A stretch of 64,000 nt of DNA from Candidatus Babelota bacterium (lineage in GTDB: Bacteria; Babelota; Babeliae; Babelales; Vermiphilaceae), in the NCBI GenBank assembly GCA_049325595.1, contig JBMOLF010000001.1, positions 32,001 to 96,000 on the forward strand, in the 5' to 3' direction. Positions 9,473 through 22,630 of the stretch are shown piece by piece (the stretch's first letter is position 1; each line of letters begins with the position of its first letter). The position numbers and the translations under genes are program-made. The notes beneath the pieces are model-generated. The model searched no databases and was not told the origin of the DNA. It saw only the letters and a program-made list of their open reading frames with translations.

Positions 9473-11374
9473 CTAAAGTACTCGTCGTATTACTACTCCT
9501 GCTGCCGGCTGGCTCGCATTGTAAGTAGTAACTTGATATACAGAACAATTATCTTTATTCACACGAGCTTGTATCATAAAACTTGTACCTACCGAAGCAT
9601 TAATAAAAAATGTTTTTGTTAGGGGCATTGTAACATTATTAACTGGATCAGCGGTAAAGTTACCAATAGCCATACTAGTTAGATATGCCGTACTATCAAC
9701 AACTGCTTGTACTGCAGCGGTAGTTACACCGCTAGGTCCTAGCAAAAAATTTACCCAATAGGTAACTTCATAAAGCCCTGCCAATGTACAGGTAAATTGA
9801 GTAGCACCACTCAATGTTGTTGCTGTCCACCCATTGGGCGTCAATGCAGCTGAACTCATAACAATTCCTGTCCATGAGTTATTTGGTAATGTCGATGAAC
9901 TAATGCGATAATTACTTAAATATCCTTGCGGAGAACTATCAAATGTTCCGGTATTTCCTTGTGGACCAGTAGCTCCTGTGTTGCCAATTAGTCCCTCTGG
10001 ACCAGTTGCACCAGTAAAGCCAGCTGGGCCCGTGTTGCCGGTTGCTCCTTGTGGTCCTGTTGCACCGGTATTTCCCGTTGCACCTATAGATCCAGTATTA
10101 CCAATTGGTCCGGTAGATCCAGTAGTATTTGAAATAGTAACTATGCCAGCAATACCACCTGCACCAAAACTCGCATCAAAACTACCATCAGAATTTAATT
10201 GCGTGAGCATAATAAATGATGATGAGCCTGCATTAGCTATCCCTGCGGTAATAATATTTCCGTTAGTGTTAATTCTTAATGCTTGTGCTTGATTTGAAAT
10301 AGCAAGATTAGTAGTTACTATGCCATTCATTCCAAAAGAGGTATCAATCGCTCCCGCAGAGGTATACCGTACTACTGTCGTTTGTGTTGGATCTCCACCA
10401 TTCACTGATCCACCACCAACAACAATAGATCCGTCTGTTTGCAAGGCACCACAAAAACCAAATGCTTGCGTATTAATGTTCGTTGTTACAATACCATTAG
10501 TACCAAAAGTAGCATCAAGCGCGCCAGCAGGAGTAAATCGGGCCATTGATATAACAGAAAATCCATCTAATATTGATGATCCAATTAAAACAGGTTTGCC
10601 ATCAGATTGCACCAAAACTTTTTGTGCAGTATCAGAACCAGTAATATTCGCTATGCTTACACCACCAGTTCCAAAAGTGGCATCAAGAACTCCTGTTGAA
10701 AGATAGCGCGCTACAAAAAAATTTTGTTGCAAACCAGTAGTAACTGATCCGCCTACCACTATGGTACCATCACCCGGTAAAGCAAGTGAAAATAATGCAA
10801 TGCCATCATCTTGGGTAATAGTGGTAATACCATTAGTCCCAAAGCTATTATCAAGAACTCCTTCACTGGAATATCGCGCAACAAATCCATAATTTGTATT
10901 GGTTATTATTGCCGATCCTGCAATAACAATTGAATCATCAGGTTGAATAGCAAGCGCATATGCAGAGGCTGCAGAACCTAACGTAGTTTCTACAATACCA
11001 CCAGAGCCAAAGGTAGTATCTAAGTCACCAGAGCTTAAATAACGAGCAACTATAATAATATACTGATCATTCATTGTTGCGGTACCGGCAATTATAATTT
11101 TTCCCGTTGATTGTAGTCGCACACTATACACTTTAGCATTTGAACCAATTGAAAGTTGCGCAACTCCTTGAACGCCAAATGAACTATCTAAAGCTCCTGA
11201 TGAAAGATATTGAGCAAGCACTGATTGAGTATTTGAATATCCTGCCGTTAACAAAGATCCATTTGATTGTATAACAAAACTTCGAGCAACGCCATTTAAA
11301 GGTCCACTGCTCGAATTAATCGATAAAGTAATTAGTAGTAATGATATTAGCATCTTACATAAAATTTGCTTCAT
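9473..11374 (-). CDS. Secreted delta-60 repeat + short collagen + BclA/C1q-like head protein
   Basis: Signal peptide; repeats QxDGxIxxxG...ARYxxxGxLDxxFGxxG; about 20 GXY triplets; C-terminal GW...[11 protein letters not shown] domain. Confidence 0.85.
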   Translation of the reverse strand: MKQILCKMLISLLLITLSINSSSGPLNGVARSFVIQSNGSLLTAGYSNTQSVLAQYLSSGALDSSFGVQGVAQLSIGSNAKVYSVRLQSTGKIIIAGTATMNDQYIIIVARYLSSGDLDTTFGSGGIVETTLGSAASAYALAIQPDDSIVIAGSAIITNTNYGFVARYSSEGVLDNSFGTNGITTITQDDGIALFSLALPGDGTIVVGGSVTTGLQQNFFVARYLSTGVLDATFGTGGVSIANITGSDTAQKVLVQSDGKPVLIGSSILDGFSVISMARFTPAGALDATFGTNGIVTTNINTQAFGFCGALQTDGSIVVGGGSVNGGDPTQTTVVRYTSAGAIDTSFGMNGIVTTNLAISNQAQALRINTNGNIITAGIANAGSSSFIMLTQLNSDGSFDASFGAGGIAGIVTISNTTGSTGPIGNTGSIGATGNTGATGPQGATGNTGPAGFTGATGPEGLIGNTGATGPQGNTGTFDSSPQGYLSNYRISSSTLPNNSWTGIVMSSAALTPNGWTATTLSGATQFTCTLAGLYEVTYWVNFLLGPSGVTTAAVQAVVDSTAYLTSMAIGNFTADPVNNVTMPLTKTFFINASVGTSFMIQARVNKDNCSVYQVTTYNASQPAAGVVIRRVL

Positions 11375-11417
11375 GCTTTCTATGCTCCCCTATAAATAAA
11401 TTAATTCTTTAATCATA

Positions 11418-11447
11418 AAAAAATAGCGCGGCAAAAATACTGCGCTC
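11418..11447 (-). terminator. Probable intrinsic terminator
   Basis: Minus strand AGCGCAGTATTTTTGCCGCGCT followed by ATTTTTTT. Confidence 0.55.
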
Positions 11448-11451
11448 TAAT

Positions 11452-14136
11452 TTAGAATAACTCTATTTGCACTACCGTATTTGCCGTTGCAGAGCCAGCT
11501 CCACGAACTACTTTCACTGAAATAGAATCACCTGGATTAAATGCTACTGAGACTGAGTTGTTAATGGCTGAGGTATTAGTACCACTTAAAGAAACCGATA
11601 ATACAGTATCAACACCATTTTTTCTTACGGTAAAGGTGTCGGTATTACCAACGCCTGGCGCAGTAACAGCACGTACATCAATAGATTTTACCAAAACTTT
11701 TTGTGATACACGTATAAATGCCTCTGTAGCATTGGGAGATGTTGTACCTGGCCACATAAAATTAGTTCCAGCCGGCAATGCCCCTTGATCGGCAAATAAT
11801 ATAAGAGCAGGTTGCGTTACCGTGCCAAAACCTAACCCATTTGCATTGTTATTAATCAAATTAGCCGAACCTAATGACAAAGTCCCATTTGTTTGCGAAA
11901 TATCTGCGCCATCACCAGCTACTGATACGAGTCGACCAGTCAATTGAGCACCAGTGCCTATGGTCTCAATACCAATATAACCGGAGTTACCGGTAATACC
12001 CGTTAATCCTCTAACCAAAATATTTACATCTCGAATGTTAAATGAACTATTTTCTACCAGAACTCCTCTTTTTGGACCAGTTCCAGCCGATAATACTTTA
12101 ATAGTCGTCGTACGCACATTGGTAGCTTCTTCTGGGCTAATGCCTGTGGCTGCGATACAATGTATACCATAAACGGCTGAACTACCGGTCGGTGATGCCG
12201 TTGAGTTGTCTACGGTAACATTAACCGTATTAATTCGCGCATCGAGATTTGTTCTTCCAGGGAATACTATTCCGCGTATTTGCTGATGCTGATTAGATTG
12301 CAAGAGAATTGATATATCTTGCAGTCGGGTGTCAGTGCCCATGGTTACTAAATCCGTTGGTCCGGTGACTCCGGTAAGAAAAATATTGGTATTGAGTAAA
12401 GATAATCCACGCAATGAAACCCCATCTTTAATAGTTACAATTTCTGGATAGTTACCCGGGAAAACCCACACAACCGTACCTGGCAATGCAGCATTCATCG
12501 CAGCGTTAATAGTTTTAAACGGAGGGCCGTTCAATTGGCCAGTGCTATCGTTACCATAAATCTGGTCAACCCGCGCTACATTACCAAAAGCTTGTGTTCC
12601 AGTAGCTGGAGCAGGACCAGTAGCACCGGTGTTACCTTGTATCCCTTGTGGCCCCGTTGCACCAGTATTACCCTGTGATCCTTGGGGACCTGTTGCGCCT
12701 GTGTTACCAGTTAGTCCCTCTGGGCCAGTATTCCCTGTATTACCCGTAGTTCCTTGAGCTCCTTGTGGGCCAGTCGCTCCTGTATTACCAGTATTCCCCA
12801 TTGCACCAGTTGGTCCGGTAAAACCAGTATTACCTCCCGGACCAGTAAAACCTGTTGATCCCTGAAATCCTGTGTTTCCTGTTGGTCCTGTTGGATTAGG
12901 TTGTATACAACTTGCAATGCCTCCAAAGCCAAAAGCTTGGTCAAACGTTCCATCAGCTAAATATCGTACAAGAGTAAAATAAACAATACCATTAATTTCT
13001 GCATAACCACCTATGACAATTTTGCCATCAGGTTGTAAAACTATTGATCTTGATTCAGAGTTATCCCCTACCGATGTTTCTTTTATACCATCGATTCCAA
13101 AGGTCATATCAAGAGCTCCATTAGATGCATACCGAACAGTAGCCATGTATAATTGGCTTGCCAAACTTGATGCATTACCAGTTACTACAATATTGGTATC
13201 TGGCTGAATTAACATGCTAAGACCAAAAGATCCCTTGGCAATAGGAGTGGTTACAATACCTCCCGTACCAAAACCACCATCTAGGTTCCCCGCTGAAGTA
13301 TATCGCACCAAAGATATTGTATTTAACTCATTAATAAGTGAAGTCCCCGTAACTACTATGTTACCATCAGCTTGAATAACCAAAGAATGTGCAATATCTG
13401 TAGAACTTATGGATGTAGTAACAATACCTCCTGATCCAAAGGTGCCATCAAGAATACCTCCTGTTGTATATCTCGCTACTGCAAATTTTGTTGTAATATC
13501 ATTGATGGTAAAACCTGCAACGACTATGCTTCCATCAGATTGTAATGCTACCGCATTAGCACCGGTAAAGGTATCAATTCCCGTCGTAACAATACCTCCA
13601 CTACCAAATGTAATATCAAGAACACCTAAAGAGCTATATCGAGCAAGAATAATCTCAGTACCATTATTGCGAGCAACTGTACCTGCAATAACAATTTTAT
13701 TATCTGGTTGTACAACAATCGCACTTGCTACACACCCATCATCTACTGGCGTGGTTACAATGCCACCAGTACCAAAGGTTACATCCAAAACACCAGCGAT
13801 TGTATACCGAGCAAGAACAATCTGAGGAACTCCTGAAATAATAGCCTGCCCAGCAATTATAATGCTCCCATCAGATTGCAATGCACATCCATATGATACA
13901 GCTATTGATCCTACCGTGGTATCTACAACGCCATTTGTACCAAATGAACTATCTAATGAACCATTACTCGTATAACGCACCGTTCGTAACTGGTTATTAT
14001 TAAAACCGGTTGCCACAATTTTGTTGTCAGATTGAAGCACAATACCATTAATAATCCCCTGAGGCGTACTGCAAGGCCTACTACATGTAGCAATAACACA
14101 TAACAATAATCCAAGATAATTTATAAGTTGCTTCAT
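11452..14136 (-). CDS. Secreted delta-60 repeat + collagen + pectin-lyase-like beta-helix (tailspike-like) protein
   Basis: Delta-60 repeats; about 30 GXY triplets; [10 protein letters not shown]...PFKTINAA...VFPGNY beta-helix cap motif. Confidence 0.8.
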   Translation of the reverse strand: MKQLINYLGLLLCVIATCSRPCSTPQGIINGIVLQSDNKIVATGFNNNQLRTVRYTSNGSLDSSFGTNGVVDTTVGSIAVSYGCALQSDGSIIIAGQAIISGVPQIVLARYTIAGVLDVTFGTGGIVTTPVDDGCVASAIVVQPDNKIVIAGTVARNNGTEIILARYSSLGVLDITFGSGGIVTTGIDTFTGANAVALQSDGSIVVAGFTINDITTKFAVARYTTGGILDGTFGSGGIVTTSISSTDIAHSLVIQADGNIVVTGTSLINELNTISLVRYTSAGNLDGGFGTGGIVTTPIAKGSFGLSMLIQPDTNIVVTGNASSLASQLYMATVRYASNGALDMTFGIDGIKETSVGDNSESRSIVLQPDGKIVIGGYAEINGIVYFTLVRYLADGTFDQAFGFGGIASCIQPNPTGPTGNTGFQGSTGFTGPGGNTGFTGPTGAMGNTGNTGATGPQGAQGTTGNTGNTGPEGLTGNTGATGPQGSQGNTGATGPQGIQGNTGATGPAPATGTQAFGNVARVDQIYGNDSTGQLNGPPFKTINAAMNAALPGTVVWVFPGNYPEIVTIKDGVSLRGLSLLNTNIFLTGVTGPTDLVTMGTDTRLQDISILLQSNQHQQIRGIVFPGRTNLDARINTVNVTVDNSTASPTGSSAVYGIHCIAATGISPEEATNVRTTTIKVLSAGTGPKRGVLVENSSFNIRDVNILVRGLTGITGNSGYIGIETIGTGAQLTGRLVSVAGDGADISQTNGTLSLGSANLINNNANGLGFGTVTQPALILFADQGALPAGTNFMWPGTTSPNATEAFIRVSQKVLVKSIDVRAVTAPGVGNTDTFTVRKNGVDTVLSVSLSGTNTSAINNSVSVAFNPGDSISVKVVRGAGSATANTVVQIELF

Positions 14137-14150
14137 TATCTATTCCTTTT

Positions 14151-16448
14151 TTAAATCTTAGTTATCGTAATAGAAATACTTGGGCCAGTTAATCCTGTTG
14201 GAGCTGCATCAAAATTATTTCCTGCTCTCAGTCGCACCGCTGCTGCATTTGCCGCAAATCTAAATCTCAGTATTTGAGCTATACCGCTGCAATTTAAGAT
14301 AAAACTTTTCGATATGGGTAAAACTTGATTAGTAGTATTTAAATCAATTGAGCTTTCACTGCCATTTACTAAATTATCATTTAATGTTGCTCTAAAAGCT
14401 GTTGTCATTGTAGCGCCAGCTATTTTTTCAACTTCTGCATCATATTGAACTAAATATAAGCCTGTTACGCTGTTAACAAACGATGCTGTTCCAACTGTAT
14501 GAGACCATCCATTAATTTGTTGATTGATATTAAATAGAATATCTTGATAGGTATTTGCAAGCGCAATCGCTTGGTTGGTTGTATCAAATGAAAATACATA
14601 ATTTGCTGCTGGAGGTATAACTCCCGTATTACCCTGCGGACCAGTATTACCAGTTGCCCCCTGTGGACCAGTATTACCGGTATTGCCAGTTGATCCTGTT
14701 GCACCAGTTGGCCCCGTAGAACCTGTACTACCTTGTGGTCCTGTATTACCCGTAGCACCACTATTACCTTGAATACCCTGGGGACCAGTTGCACCTGTAG
14801 CACCGGTTGGCCCTAAGTCACCTTGGGCGCCGGTATTACCAGTGCTACCGGTTATACCTTGTATTCCTTGTGGACCTGTTGCTCCAGTAAATCCAGTATT
14901 TCCTTGAGGACCGGTATTTCCTGTAGATCCTTGAATTCCCTGCGCACCGGTAGCTCCCGTATTGCCAGTAGAGCCGGTGGCACCCACTGTTCCTTGTGGA
15001 CCAGTTGCTCCTGTATTACCAGTATTTCCCATCGCACCAGTTGCTCCGGTAAAACCAGTAAAGCCGGTATTTCCCGTTGCCCCTGTCATACCATTATTTC
15101 CAGTGGGACCAGTATTTCCTGTAGTGCCTTGCACACCTTGGGGACCCGTATTACCAGTAGTACCTTGAATACCCTGTGGGCCAGTATTTCCAGTAGTTCC
15201 AGTTGTACCTGTGTCTCCCTGAGGCCCCGTGTTGCCTTGTGGACCCGTATTGCCTTGGGGGCCGGTATCACCAGTAGCACCCGTACTACCTGGGTCACCA
15301 GTCACACCTGTATTTCCTTGAGGACCAGTATTACCCTGAGACCCGGTTTGGCCAGTATTGCCTGTTGAGCCTTGTGGACCGGTATTTCCTGTCACTGAGG
15401 GCCCGGTATTACCCTGTGGGCCTGTGTTACCTTGTGCTCCGGTTTGGCCCGTATTACCGGTAGTTCCTTGTAATCCAGTTATTGATGGTCCGGTATTGCC
15501 TTGAGGGCCAGTATTACCCTGCAACCCTTGTGGACCGGTGTTACCTGTTGCTCCCGTATTTCCTGGATTTCCTGTTGCACCGGTATTACCTTGCGGACCT
15601 GTATTGCCTGGATCTCCTGTAGCACCCGTATTTCCCGTGCTCCCTTGTGGTCCGGTGTTTCCGGTAACTGATGGTCCAGTATTACCTTGAGCGCCTGTAT
15701 TACCGGTCGCACCAGTAGAACCGGTAGTTCCTGTTGGTCCACCTTCGGGTCCTTGTGGGCCAGTATTACCTTGTGGGCCCGTTGCACCGGTGTTACCTTG
15801 CCCACCACCTCCGCCTCCCGTGCAAATACATTGAAGACCCGGATTGATGATTTTACCGCATACGAGTAAATCTCCTCCTATACGCACATTGTGGCGGACA
15901 CACAAGTTATTAAAAACTTTTACTGCTTTTCTATGAAGTAGTTGATCATTTTCATCATTATTGTAATGATTACCAACAAATCTACCATCCTCATCAAACT
16001 GCGCATAAAAACTATGTTCTTGGTCGGCAAAAACACCAATTGATATCATGCGCTCATTATCAATAAAACAATCAAAATTATTGATTGTCGCATCAACAAT
16101 CACACATCTAGTTAGTCCGTTTTCGCCAAATTTTTCATCAATTTCTCCGGCAACATAACGAATTAAGAAAATATGGGTATCAAGACCTTCTTGTCTAACT
16201 CCCGTTAACAAACAGGCATCATTACCAATTTCAACTACTCCCCAAGAGGCAAAATCAAACAAAAAAGGAGTTTTAATAATACGTGTAGTTGTCAGTTGAT
16301 TATTATCATTGTCATTTAAGATAAGTTTAATAGTAAGATACTCATCATCTTCACACAAAATAGAATCTGCTAATGTTTTTTGATGAGATAAAAATAATAA
16401 AGAGAAAATAACTATAAGTTTTTCAAAGCAATTTTTTGACCACATCAT
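14151..16448 (-). CDS. Secreted long collagen-like protein with BclA/C1q-like head
   Basis: Signal peptide; GGDLLVCG neck; about 130 GXY triplets (GNT/GPQ/GAT); C-terminal beta domain. Confidence 0.9.
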   Translation of the reverse strand: MMWSKNCFEKLIVIFSLLFLSHQKTLADSILCEDDEYLTIKLILNDNDNNQLTTTRIIKTPFLFDFASWGVVEIGNDACLLTGVRQEGLDTHIFLIRYVAGEIDEKFGENGLTRCVIVDATINNFDCFIDNERMISIGVFADQEHSFYAQFDEDGRFVGNHYNNDENDQLLHRKAVKVFNNLCVRHNVRIGGDLLVCGKIINPGLQCICTGGGGGGQGNTGATGPQGNTGPQGPEGGPTGTTGSTGATGNTGAQGNTGPSVTGNTGPQGSTGNTGATGDPGNTGPQGNTGATGNPGNTGATGNTGPQGLQGNTGPQGNTGPSITGLQGTTGNTGQTGAQGNTGPQGNTGPSVTGNTGPQGSTGNTGQTGSQGNTGPQGNTGVTGDPGSTGATGDTGPQGNTGPQGNTGPQGDTGTTGTTGNTGPQGIQGTTGNTGPQGVQGTTGNTGPTGNNGMTGATGNTGFTGFTGATGAMGNTGNTGATGPQGTVGATGSTGNTGATGAQGIQGSTGNTGPQGNTGFTGATGPQGIQGITGSTGNTGAQGDLGPTGATGATGPQGIQGNSGATGNTGPQGSTGSTGPTGATGSTGNTGNTGPQGATGNTGPQGNTGVIPPAANYVFSFDTTNQAIALANTYQDILFNINQQINGWSHTVGTASFVNSVTGLYLVQYDAEVEKIAGATMTTAFRATLNDNLVNGSESSIDLNTTNQVLPISKSFILNCSGIAQILRFRFAANAAAVRLRAGNNFDAAPTGLTGPSISITITKI
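14616..15806 (-). repeat. Collagen Gly-X-Y coding repeat, about 397 codons
   Basis: 9-nt periodic GGN-NNN-NNN; recurrent GGTAATACTGGNCCACAA. Confidence 0.95.
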
Positions 16449-16543
16449 AACTACTCTTTTTTTAAAATTATTAGTACTACTCTATGATGAAATCTATTAA
16501 AAAAGAAAAAATGGTCAAAAAAAATTTTATGAAAAAATACAGT

Positions 16544-16571
16544 AAAAAAGGCCACCATGTAAGATGGCCTC
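16544..16571 (-). terminator. Probable intrinsic terminator
   Basis: Minus strand AGGCCATC-TTACAT-GGTGGCCT followed by TTTTT. Confidence 0.6.
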
Positions 16572-16584
16572 TTGTAAGATAAGA

Positions 16585-18441
16585 TTATAATTTAGAAATA
16601 GTTATTGTTGCACTTGGACGCGTTGTTCCTGATCCATTATTAGCAGTAATTTGGTTATTAGTTGTTGTTCCCGTAAACTGCAAAACTATCTGATCAGAAG
16701 CTACACAATTTACTAAAAATGATTGATGTACCGGCAACAATTGTCCAAGTAATGCGCCTAAAGTAATAGATGTTTGACTTCCCGGAATTTCCGCGCCATT
16801 TAATAATGCCCGAGCTGATATGGTAGAAGCAAGCGCAACAACTGATGTATTATTAGCTAATAAACGATACTCAACTAAATAAGTACCATCAGCAGGACAG
16901 GTAAATGTTGCTGTACCACCGGTGTGAGTCCAACTATTAATTATTTGATTGGTTCCAAAGGTAATGTTTTGAAAACTATTTGCTATTGTCACTGATTGAT
17001 TAGTAGTATCATAAGCAAACACATAATTAGCTGCGGTTGCTATTGGACCTGTATTACCCGTAGTTCCTTGAATACCTTGTGGGCCAGTATTACCTGTTGC
17101 ACCTTGTGCACCTACTGGACCCTGATCACCCGTGTTACCAGTAAATCCTTGTGGGCCAGTATTGCCCGTAGGGCCAGTATTTCCGGTGCAACAGCTGGGT
17201 CTTTGTATGGGACCTGCTATGCCATCAACACCAAATGATTGGTCAAGCGATCCATCTAATAAATAACGTGCTAAGGTAAAATAAATGATCCCATTAAATT
17301 GTGAATAACCAGCAACCACTAATTTAGTATCTGGTTGTTGTACAATAGTCCGCGCACCAGCATTATCACCAATACTCGTAATTACGACACCGGTTGAATT
17401 AAAACTGGTATCAATAGTTCCATTTGTTAAATAACGTGCCGTAGTAAATTTTTCAATACTAGCAAAACTTACCGTACTCCCTGTTGCGGTAATAGCACCA
17501 TCAGCTTGCACTAAAACACCCAAACTAAATGATCCATTTTCTTCGGTGGTTGTTACAATACCACCAGTTCCAAAACCAGTATCAAGTACACCGCTTGAGG
17601 TGTAACGAGCCACCGTTATACTTGTTGTAGTCGACGAAGAATAACCTGAAGCTACAATGCTGCCATCAGATTGAATTGCAATTGATCTGACTATATCTGA
17701 TCCAGTAATGGTAGTTGTTACATAACCATTTCCTGATCCAAAGGTTGCCGTATCTAATGCACCGCTTGTTGTATAACGAGCAATGGTAAAATTAGTACCA
17801 CTTCCATTAACCGATAATCCTCCCACTACAATTTTGCCATCTGATTGTAATGCAATACTATAGGCAGCAGATGATGAATCTATAAGCGTAGTAACAATAC
17901 CGCCCGTACCAAATGTACCATCGAGCGTTCCGGTTGAATCATAGCGTGCAACAACAATATTAGGTGTGCCGCTGATTACCGCAACACCCGCAATCACAAT
18001 ATTACCATCTGGTTGTATGACAACTGCATTAGCTGTTGCACCGTCACCTATTGAGGTAGTAACAATACCACTAGTACCAAAAGTGCCATCAAGCACACCA
18101 CTACTATCATAACGCGCTAATGCTATTTGAACATCCGAAGGTACTCCATATCCTGAAACAACGATATTTCCATCAGATTGTATTGCTACACCCGATGCTT
18201 GCGATGAACTACCAATTAAGGTTGAAACAAATCCTCCTGTTCCAAAGGTTTCATCTAACGATCCATCTGCATTATAGCGAGCAGTTTGAAAGGTTGAAGC
18301 AGAGTTATCAAATCCAGTTGCAACTATTTTGGCGTCACTTTGTAATGCTATTGAATTAATTTGACCATCAACGGCGCCATTAATATGCCACACACATAAA
18401 TTGGTTAATAATAATATTAAGATTTTACTTTTTTTGATCAT
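16585..18441 (-). CDS. Secreted delta-60 repeat + short collagen + BclA/C1q-like head protein
   Basis: About 7 delta-60 repeats; CC then about 16 GXY triplets; [12 protein letters not shown] head. Confidence 0.85.
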   Translation of the reverse strand: MIKKSKILILLLTNLCVWHINGAVDGQINSIALQSDAKIVATGFDNSASTFQTARYNADGSLDETFGTGGFVSTLIGSSSQASGVAIQSDGNIVVSGYGVPSDVQIALARYDSSGVLDGTFGTSGIVTTSIGDGATANAVVIQPDGNIVIAGVAVISGTPNIVVARYDSTGTLDGTFGTGGIVTTLIDSSSAAYSIALQSDGKIVVGGLSVNGSGTNFTIARYTTSGALDTATFGSGNGYVTTTITGSDIVRSIAIQSDGSIVASGYSSSTTTSITVARYTSSGVLDTGFGTGGIVTTTEENGSFSLGVLVQADGAITATGSTVSFASIEKFTTARYLTNGTIDTSFNSTGVVITSIGDNAGARTIVQQPDTKLVVAGYSQFNGIIYFTLARYLLDGSLDQSFGVDGIAGPIQRPSCCTGNTGPTGNTGPQGFTGNTGDQGPVGAQGATGNTGPQGIQGTTGNTGPIATAANYVFAYDTTNQSVTIANSFQNITFGTNQIINSWTHTGGTATFTCPADGTYLVEYRLLANNTSVVALASTISARALLNGAEIPGSQTSITLGALLGQLLPVHQSFLVNCVASDQIVLQFTGTTTNNQITANNGSGTTRPSATITISKL

Positions 18442-18572
18442 GTTACTCCTCTAAAAATGAGGTCTTTCTATATAAAAAAATTAATTTCATTGCATATATT
18501 TTGTTAATTCATTAATACCTCCTCTTTTAAAAAAGGCCTCATAATAAAAACAAAAAAAATCAGATTGTTTTT

Positions 18573-19181
18573 TTAGGAATCTATAGGTGTGATAGTTATA
18601 AATGCCGATGGAATCGTTATAGCAGAGACAGTCGCAATATTTGAATTACTTGTTTTAAATTGAATATTTATAATCTGATTTTTTTTAGCGTGCAATATAA
18701 AAGTTTGTCCCATAGGAAAAGTCGTTATATTTGATTGATTAAAAGTTACTTGATATAAACAACGGCTTTCAACTATTTCTTGGCCATCTAAGGCAAGCTG
18801 TGATAGTAATTGTTCAGATATTTTTGAGCTAGATGTAAATCCAATGGTTAAGGAGTATGTCACCAAATAATAGCCCGTCTGAGGAACTTTAAAATTTCCA
18901 TCGGTACGTATCCATCCATTATAAACGCCATCTTTATCAAACAAGATATTTTGAAAAGTATTTGGGACACTAATATTTTGGCTCGTGGTACTATAAGAAT
19001 TTATATAATTTTTAGGATGATTATTATTTTTATGAAACTGTTGACTATTTCTCTTCCAATTATTATATACCACCTTTGTTGTCAGAGAATTATTATCACT
19101 CAGCTGGCACCGTAAAGAGCTACACATAATAGTAGCTAACAAGAAAGGCATTATATAGAACAATCGGTTAGTAGGTTTCAT
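18573..19181 (-). CDS. Secreted stand-alone BclA/C1q-like head domain (no collagen)
   Basis: NYINSYSTTSQ..PNTFQNILF..NGW..TGYYLVTY is homologous to the heads of neighbouring genes. Confidence 0.7.
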   Translation of the reverse strand: MKPTNRLFYIMPFLLATIMCSSLRCQLSDNNSLTTKVVYNNWKRNSQQFHKNNNHPKNYINSYSTTSQNISVPNTFQNILFDKDGVYNGWIRTDGNFKVPQTGYYLVTYSLTIGFTSSSKISEQLLSQLALDGQEIVESRCLYQVTFNQSNITTFPMGQTFILHAKKNQIINIQFKTSNSNIATVSAITIPSAFITITPIDS

Positions 19182-19363
19182 ATTTTTCTCCTTGAAAAAA
19201 ATTAAACACTAAGCCGACCTTACTTTATCGATTTACATAAAATCAATATCCTATATTTCTTATTGTACTAATACCCAATTTATAATTGATTATTAGATCC
19301 TATTAAGACAATCTAAGATTTAGTCAATTATCATATGTTATCACTCTATTTGCATAGCACCAA

Positions 19364-20806
19364 TCATGTTACCCGAGTTATAGTAATTGCAGCACTTATT
19401 CCTGTGCCAAGCGAAACATCGGTTATGGACACCAATGAAAATGCTGTTGTACTGTCGGTAGCAAATTGAACACTAAATTGATCACCCGCAGTAGCTAAAT
19501 AAAGAAAACTTTGTGCATTAAGACGCCCATAGTTAATAGCACCAACCGGACGTAAAGTCCCCGCATTAGTATAGCTTCCTGCTATAGGCGAACCATTAAC
19601 AATTACACGAGTAAAAACATTACCCGGAGTATTAGTATTAAAACTAAAATTAAGCACATAACTTATTTTATAAAGTCCTGTTGCTGGACATACAAAAGTT
19701 GTATTGTTATTTGTTTTTGTCCAACCATTTGGTGCAATACTATTAAGCGGAAAAAATATGGTAACCCAGGTAGATTGAGCAACGGTATTTTGACCAGAAA
19801 AAGAATATGAGCTCAAATAATTTGCCGTTGTTGGAGCAGCACCCGTATTGCCCGTCAAACCTTGGGGGCCTATGGCTCCTGTACTTCCCTGCAAACCTTG
19901 TGGACCAGTAATACTCATTCCTGTTGCTCCGGTTGAGCCCTGAGGGCCAACATTACCTGCTTCTCCATTATTTCCGGTAAAACCAGTAGCCCCTATTAGC
20001 CCGGTATTACCAGTAAAACCCGTAAAACCTATTGGTCCTGCATTTGCCTGTGCTCCGATAGCGCCATCAGTTCCCGTAAAGCCTTGAGGCCCTGTATTGC
20101 CGGTGAATCCAGTAAAACCAGTGGCTCCTGTTAAGCCTGTATCACCGGTAGCACCTTGTTGACCAATAATACCAGCAAGTAATTGAAACCCTTGTGCCCC
20201 GATTGCTCCTTGTTGCCCATTATTTCCGGTAAAACCAGTAACACCCGTAGTACCTTGATCACCTTGCATTCCGGTAGCACCAGTCACACCCGTAGCGCCA
20301 GTTGCACCTGGTAAACCATCTGGACCCGTATTGCCAGTAATACCAGTAACGCCCTGAGCACCTAGTGCACCATTATTTCCTGTTAATCCTCTTTCACCTG
20401 GTGCGCCAGTAAATCCTGTAGTACCTGTTACACCTTGTACGCCAGATATTCCCATAGCACCGAAAGTTCCGGTACTTCCTTGTGGACCTATAGCCCCCGT
20501 GTTTCCCGTAGGACCGGTTTGGTTATTTAGTTCTCCAGGCACACCAGTTGGTCCTTGCGGCCCCGTGTTACCTACCACACACTCACAACCTGACTGGTAA
20601 CACGCTTTGGGTATTATTATTCTTCCACATACAACTAAGTCTCCACCAATTTTCATGCACTGCTTAACAATCAAATTGCTATATGTTTTTAAAATTTTTT
20701 TAACAATATTATTAGATATTTCATTTTCAGCTAATGTCGTGTTAATTAATAAAAAATAACCGGCATACACACAAAAATTTAAGCTCTTTGATAACCACAA
20801 TTTCAT
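19364..20806 (-). CDS. Secreted collagen-like protein with BclA/C1q-like head
   Basis: GGDLVVCG neck; 246-aa collagen region; ANYLSSYS head. Confidence 0.9.
   Translation of the reverse strand: MKLWLSKSLNFCVYAGYFLLINTTLAENEISNNIVKKILKTYSNLIVKQCMKIGGDLVVCGRIIIPKACYQSGCECVVGNTGPQGPTGVPGELNNQTGPTGNTGAIGPQGSTGTFGAMGISGVQGVTGTTGFTGAPGERGLTGNNGALGAQGVTGITGNTGPDGLPGATGATGVTGATGMQGDQGTTGVTGFTGNNGQQGAIGAQGFQLLAGIIGQQGATGDTGLTGATGFTGFTGNTGPQGFTGTDGAIGAQANAGPIGFTGFTGNTGLIGATGFTGNNGEAGNVGPQGSTGATGMSITGPQGLQGSTGAIGPQGLTGNTGAAPTTANYLSSYSFSGQNTVAQSTWVTIFFPLNSIAPNGWTKTNNNTTFVCPATGLYKISYVLNFSFNTNTPGNVFTRVIVNGSPIAGSYTNAGTLRPVGAINYGRLNAQSFLYLATAGDQFSVQFATDSTTAFSLVSITDVSLGTGISAAITITRVT
19835..20572 (-). repeat. 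Collagen Gly-X-Y coding repeat (246 codons)
   Basis: GXY periodicity with interruptions NNQT, LLA, ANA and IT. Confidence 0.9.
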
Positions 20807-20808
20807 AA

Positions 20809-22602
20809 TTAAGCTACCCTTCTAATGGTATATGAAGCACCAAGAGCTGTACCCAATCCGGCTGCAGTGAGCACACGTATATATACCGAATTGGCATTGG
20901 TTGCACCAAATTGAAGCTGAAAAAAATCATTCACTGCTGCAGAAACAATAAAGGTTTGCGTTAAGAGATTGGTAAGGGTACCAGAATTTGAACCATTCCA
21001 AGAAACAGCTACCACGCTTCCCGGAACGATCGTCGTTCCATTTTGCAATACACGAGAAAATGCTGTTTGACTGGTAGTAGATATCGGTGCACCAACTGTT
21101 ATTGTGTAAGTCATTTCATAAATACCTGCTTGATTACAAATAAAGGTATCTGCAGTTTTTGTCCAACCTGCTGGCACAACCGCATTTAATTCAAATTGAA
21201 CACCTGTGTAAGCATTTTGCGGAGCGGTAGCAGATGTTTGCGAATAAGAACTAACATAATTTGCCGGTTCTAGAGCAGTTCCAGTGGGACCTGTATTACC
21301 AACAGAACCCGTAGCACCGGTGTTACCGGTAGTACCTTGAATCCCTGTGTTACCCGTTGCTCCTTGTGGACCAGTATTTCCCGTTTGTCCCTGTAACCCC
21401 GTTGGCCCGGTAAAGCCGGTAGAACCTCTCTCGCCTTGGGGGCCAGTAGCTCCCGTTGCACCAATATTTCCTTGTGGACCGGTAAAACCGGTAAAACCCG
21501 TTGGCCCGGTAAAGCCAGTAACTCCTTGTTGACCAGTAAAACCAGTTGACCCCTGAGCTCCAGCGGCACCAGCTGCTCCAGCTGGTCCTTGTGGCCCGGT
21601 AAAACCTGTATTGCCCGTAGCTCCCGTAAATCCAGTTGGCCCAGTAAACCCCGTCGCTCCGGTAAAGCCAGTGGCGCCTATCGGCCCGGTATTTCCTTGA
21701 ATACCAGTAAAACCCGTAGCTCCTTGTGCTCCTAATGAACCGGTATTTCCTTGAATACCTTGCAGGCCTTCTGCACCAGTGGCGCCTTGTGCACCTTGCA
21801 AGCCTGTTGGTCCAGTATTACCGGTTGCTCCTGGATCACCTTGAACTCCGGTAGCACCGGCTGGTCCGGTAGCTCCTTGTAGACCAGTAGCACCCTGAAG
21901 TCCGGTTGGTCCGGTGTTTCCGGTATTACCTTGCGGCCCTGGGTTGCCGGTAGTTCCCGTTATGCTAAAACCTGCTGGACCGGTGTTTCCTTGTGGACCA
22001 GTTGCACCGGTGATTCCAATAGCACAATCAGTTTGACTAGGCTGTGCTAATAAATTTTGATTAATAATGCGCCCACACACTATTAAATCACCACAAATTT
22101 TTACCTTATTGCGCACACACAAATTATTTAAAATTTTGAGCGCTTTATAACGGTCTATTACTGAATCATACTTATAATGGTTTTGTAGCCATTTTCCGTT
22201 GTTATCAAATTCGACATATATACATTGTTCGTGATCAGCAATGAATTCAATTTTTATGGTATTATCTATCAAGCAACCTTGGTAATTAAGATCTGTATGT
22301 GGTATTAAGCAAAAGGCAATACCATGTTCACCAAAACTCGAATCGATTATTCTTTGGTTATATTTGATTAACGTAATATGAGCATCAGATTCTCGTTGCT
22401 CTATTCCAATTAATAAATAGGTATCATTATCTATGTTGATAATTTTCCATAGAGTGTTATCTATACTAAAAGGTGTTTTTATATTCTCTTTATCTTCTGT
22501 TTTTATAACGACAAAACCATCACAGTTATCAATCGTAGGAGAAGAAATAACACAATCATTTAGGCCCAATAAAACAAATAATAGTATCTTTTTTAACTTC
22601 AT
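20809..22602 (-). CDS. Secreted collagen-like protein with BclA/C1q-like head
   Basis: Signal peptide [21 protein letters not shown] neck; 248-aa collagen region; ANYVSSYS head. Confidence 0.9.
   Translation of the reverse strand: MKLKKILLFVLLGLNDCVISSPTIDNCDGFVVIKTEDKENIKTPFSIDNTLWKIINIDNDTYLLIGIEQRESDAHITLIKYNQRIIDSSFGEHGIAFCLIPHTDLNYQGCLIDNTIKIEFIADHEQCIYVEFDNNGKWLQNHYKYDSVIDRYKALKILNNLCVRNKVKICGDLIVCGRIINQNLLAQPSQTDCAIGITGATGPQGNTGPAGFSITGTTGNPGPQGNTGNTGPTGLQGATGLQGATGPAGATGVQGDPGATGNTGPTGLQGAQGATGAEGLQGIQGNTGSLGAQGATGFTGIQGNTGPIGATGFTGATGFTGPTGFTGATGNTGFTGPQGPAGAAGAAGAQGSTGFTGQQGVTGFTGPTGFTGFTGPQGNIGATGATGPQGERGSTGFTGPTGLQGQTGNTGPQGATGNTGIQGTTGNTGATGSVGNTGPTGTALEPANYVSSYSQTSATAPQNAYTGVQFELNAVVPAGWTKTADTFICNQAGIYEMTYTITVGAPISTTSQTAFSRVLQNGTTIVPGSVVAVSWNGSNSGTLTNLLTQTFIVSAAVNDFFQLQFGATNANSVYIRVLTAAGLGTALGASYTIRRVA
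21274..22017 (-). repeat. Collagen Gly-X-Y coding repeat (248 codons)
   Basis: 82 GXY triplets with one IT interruption. Confidence 0.9.
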
Positions 22603-22630
22603 TACAAACACTCATCTCTTTTTTAAAAAA

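Noticed and set aside
14616..22017. Periodic DNA repeats resembling a CRISPR or tandem array
   Set aside because: 9-nt periodicity with synonymous variation indicates collagen coding; no constant repeat-spacer structure and no cas genes.
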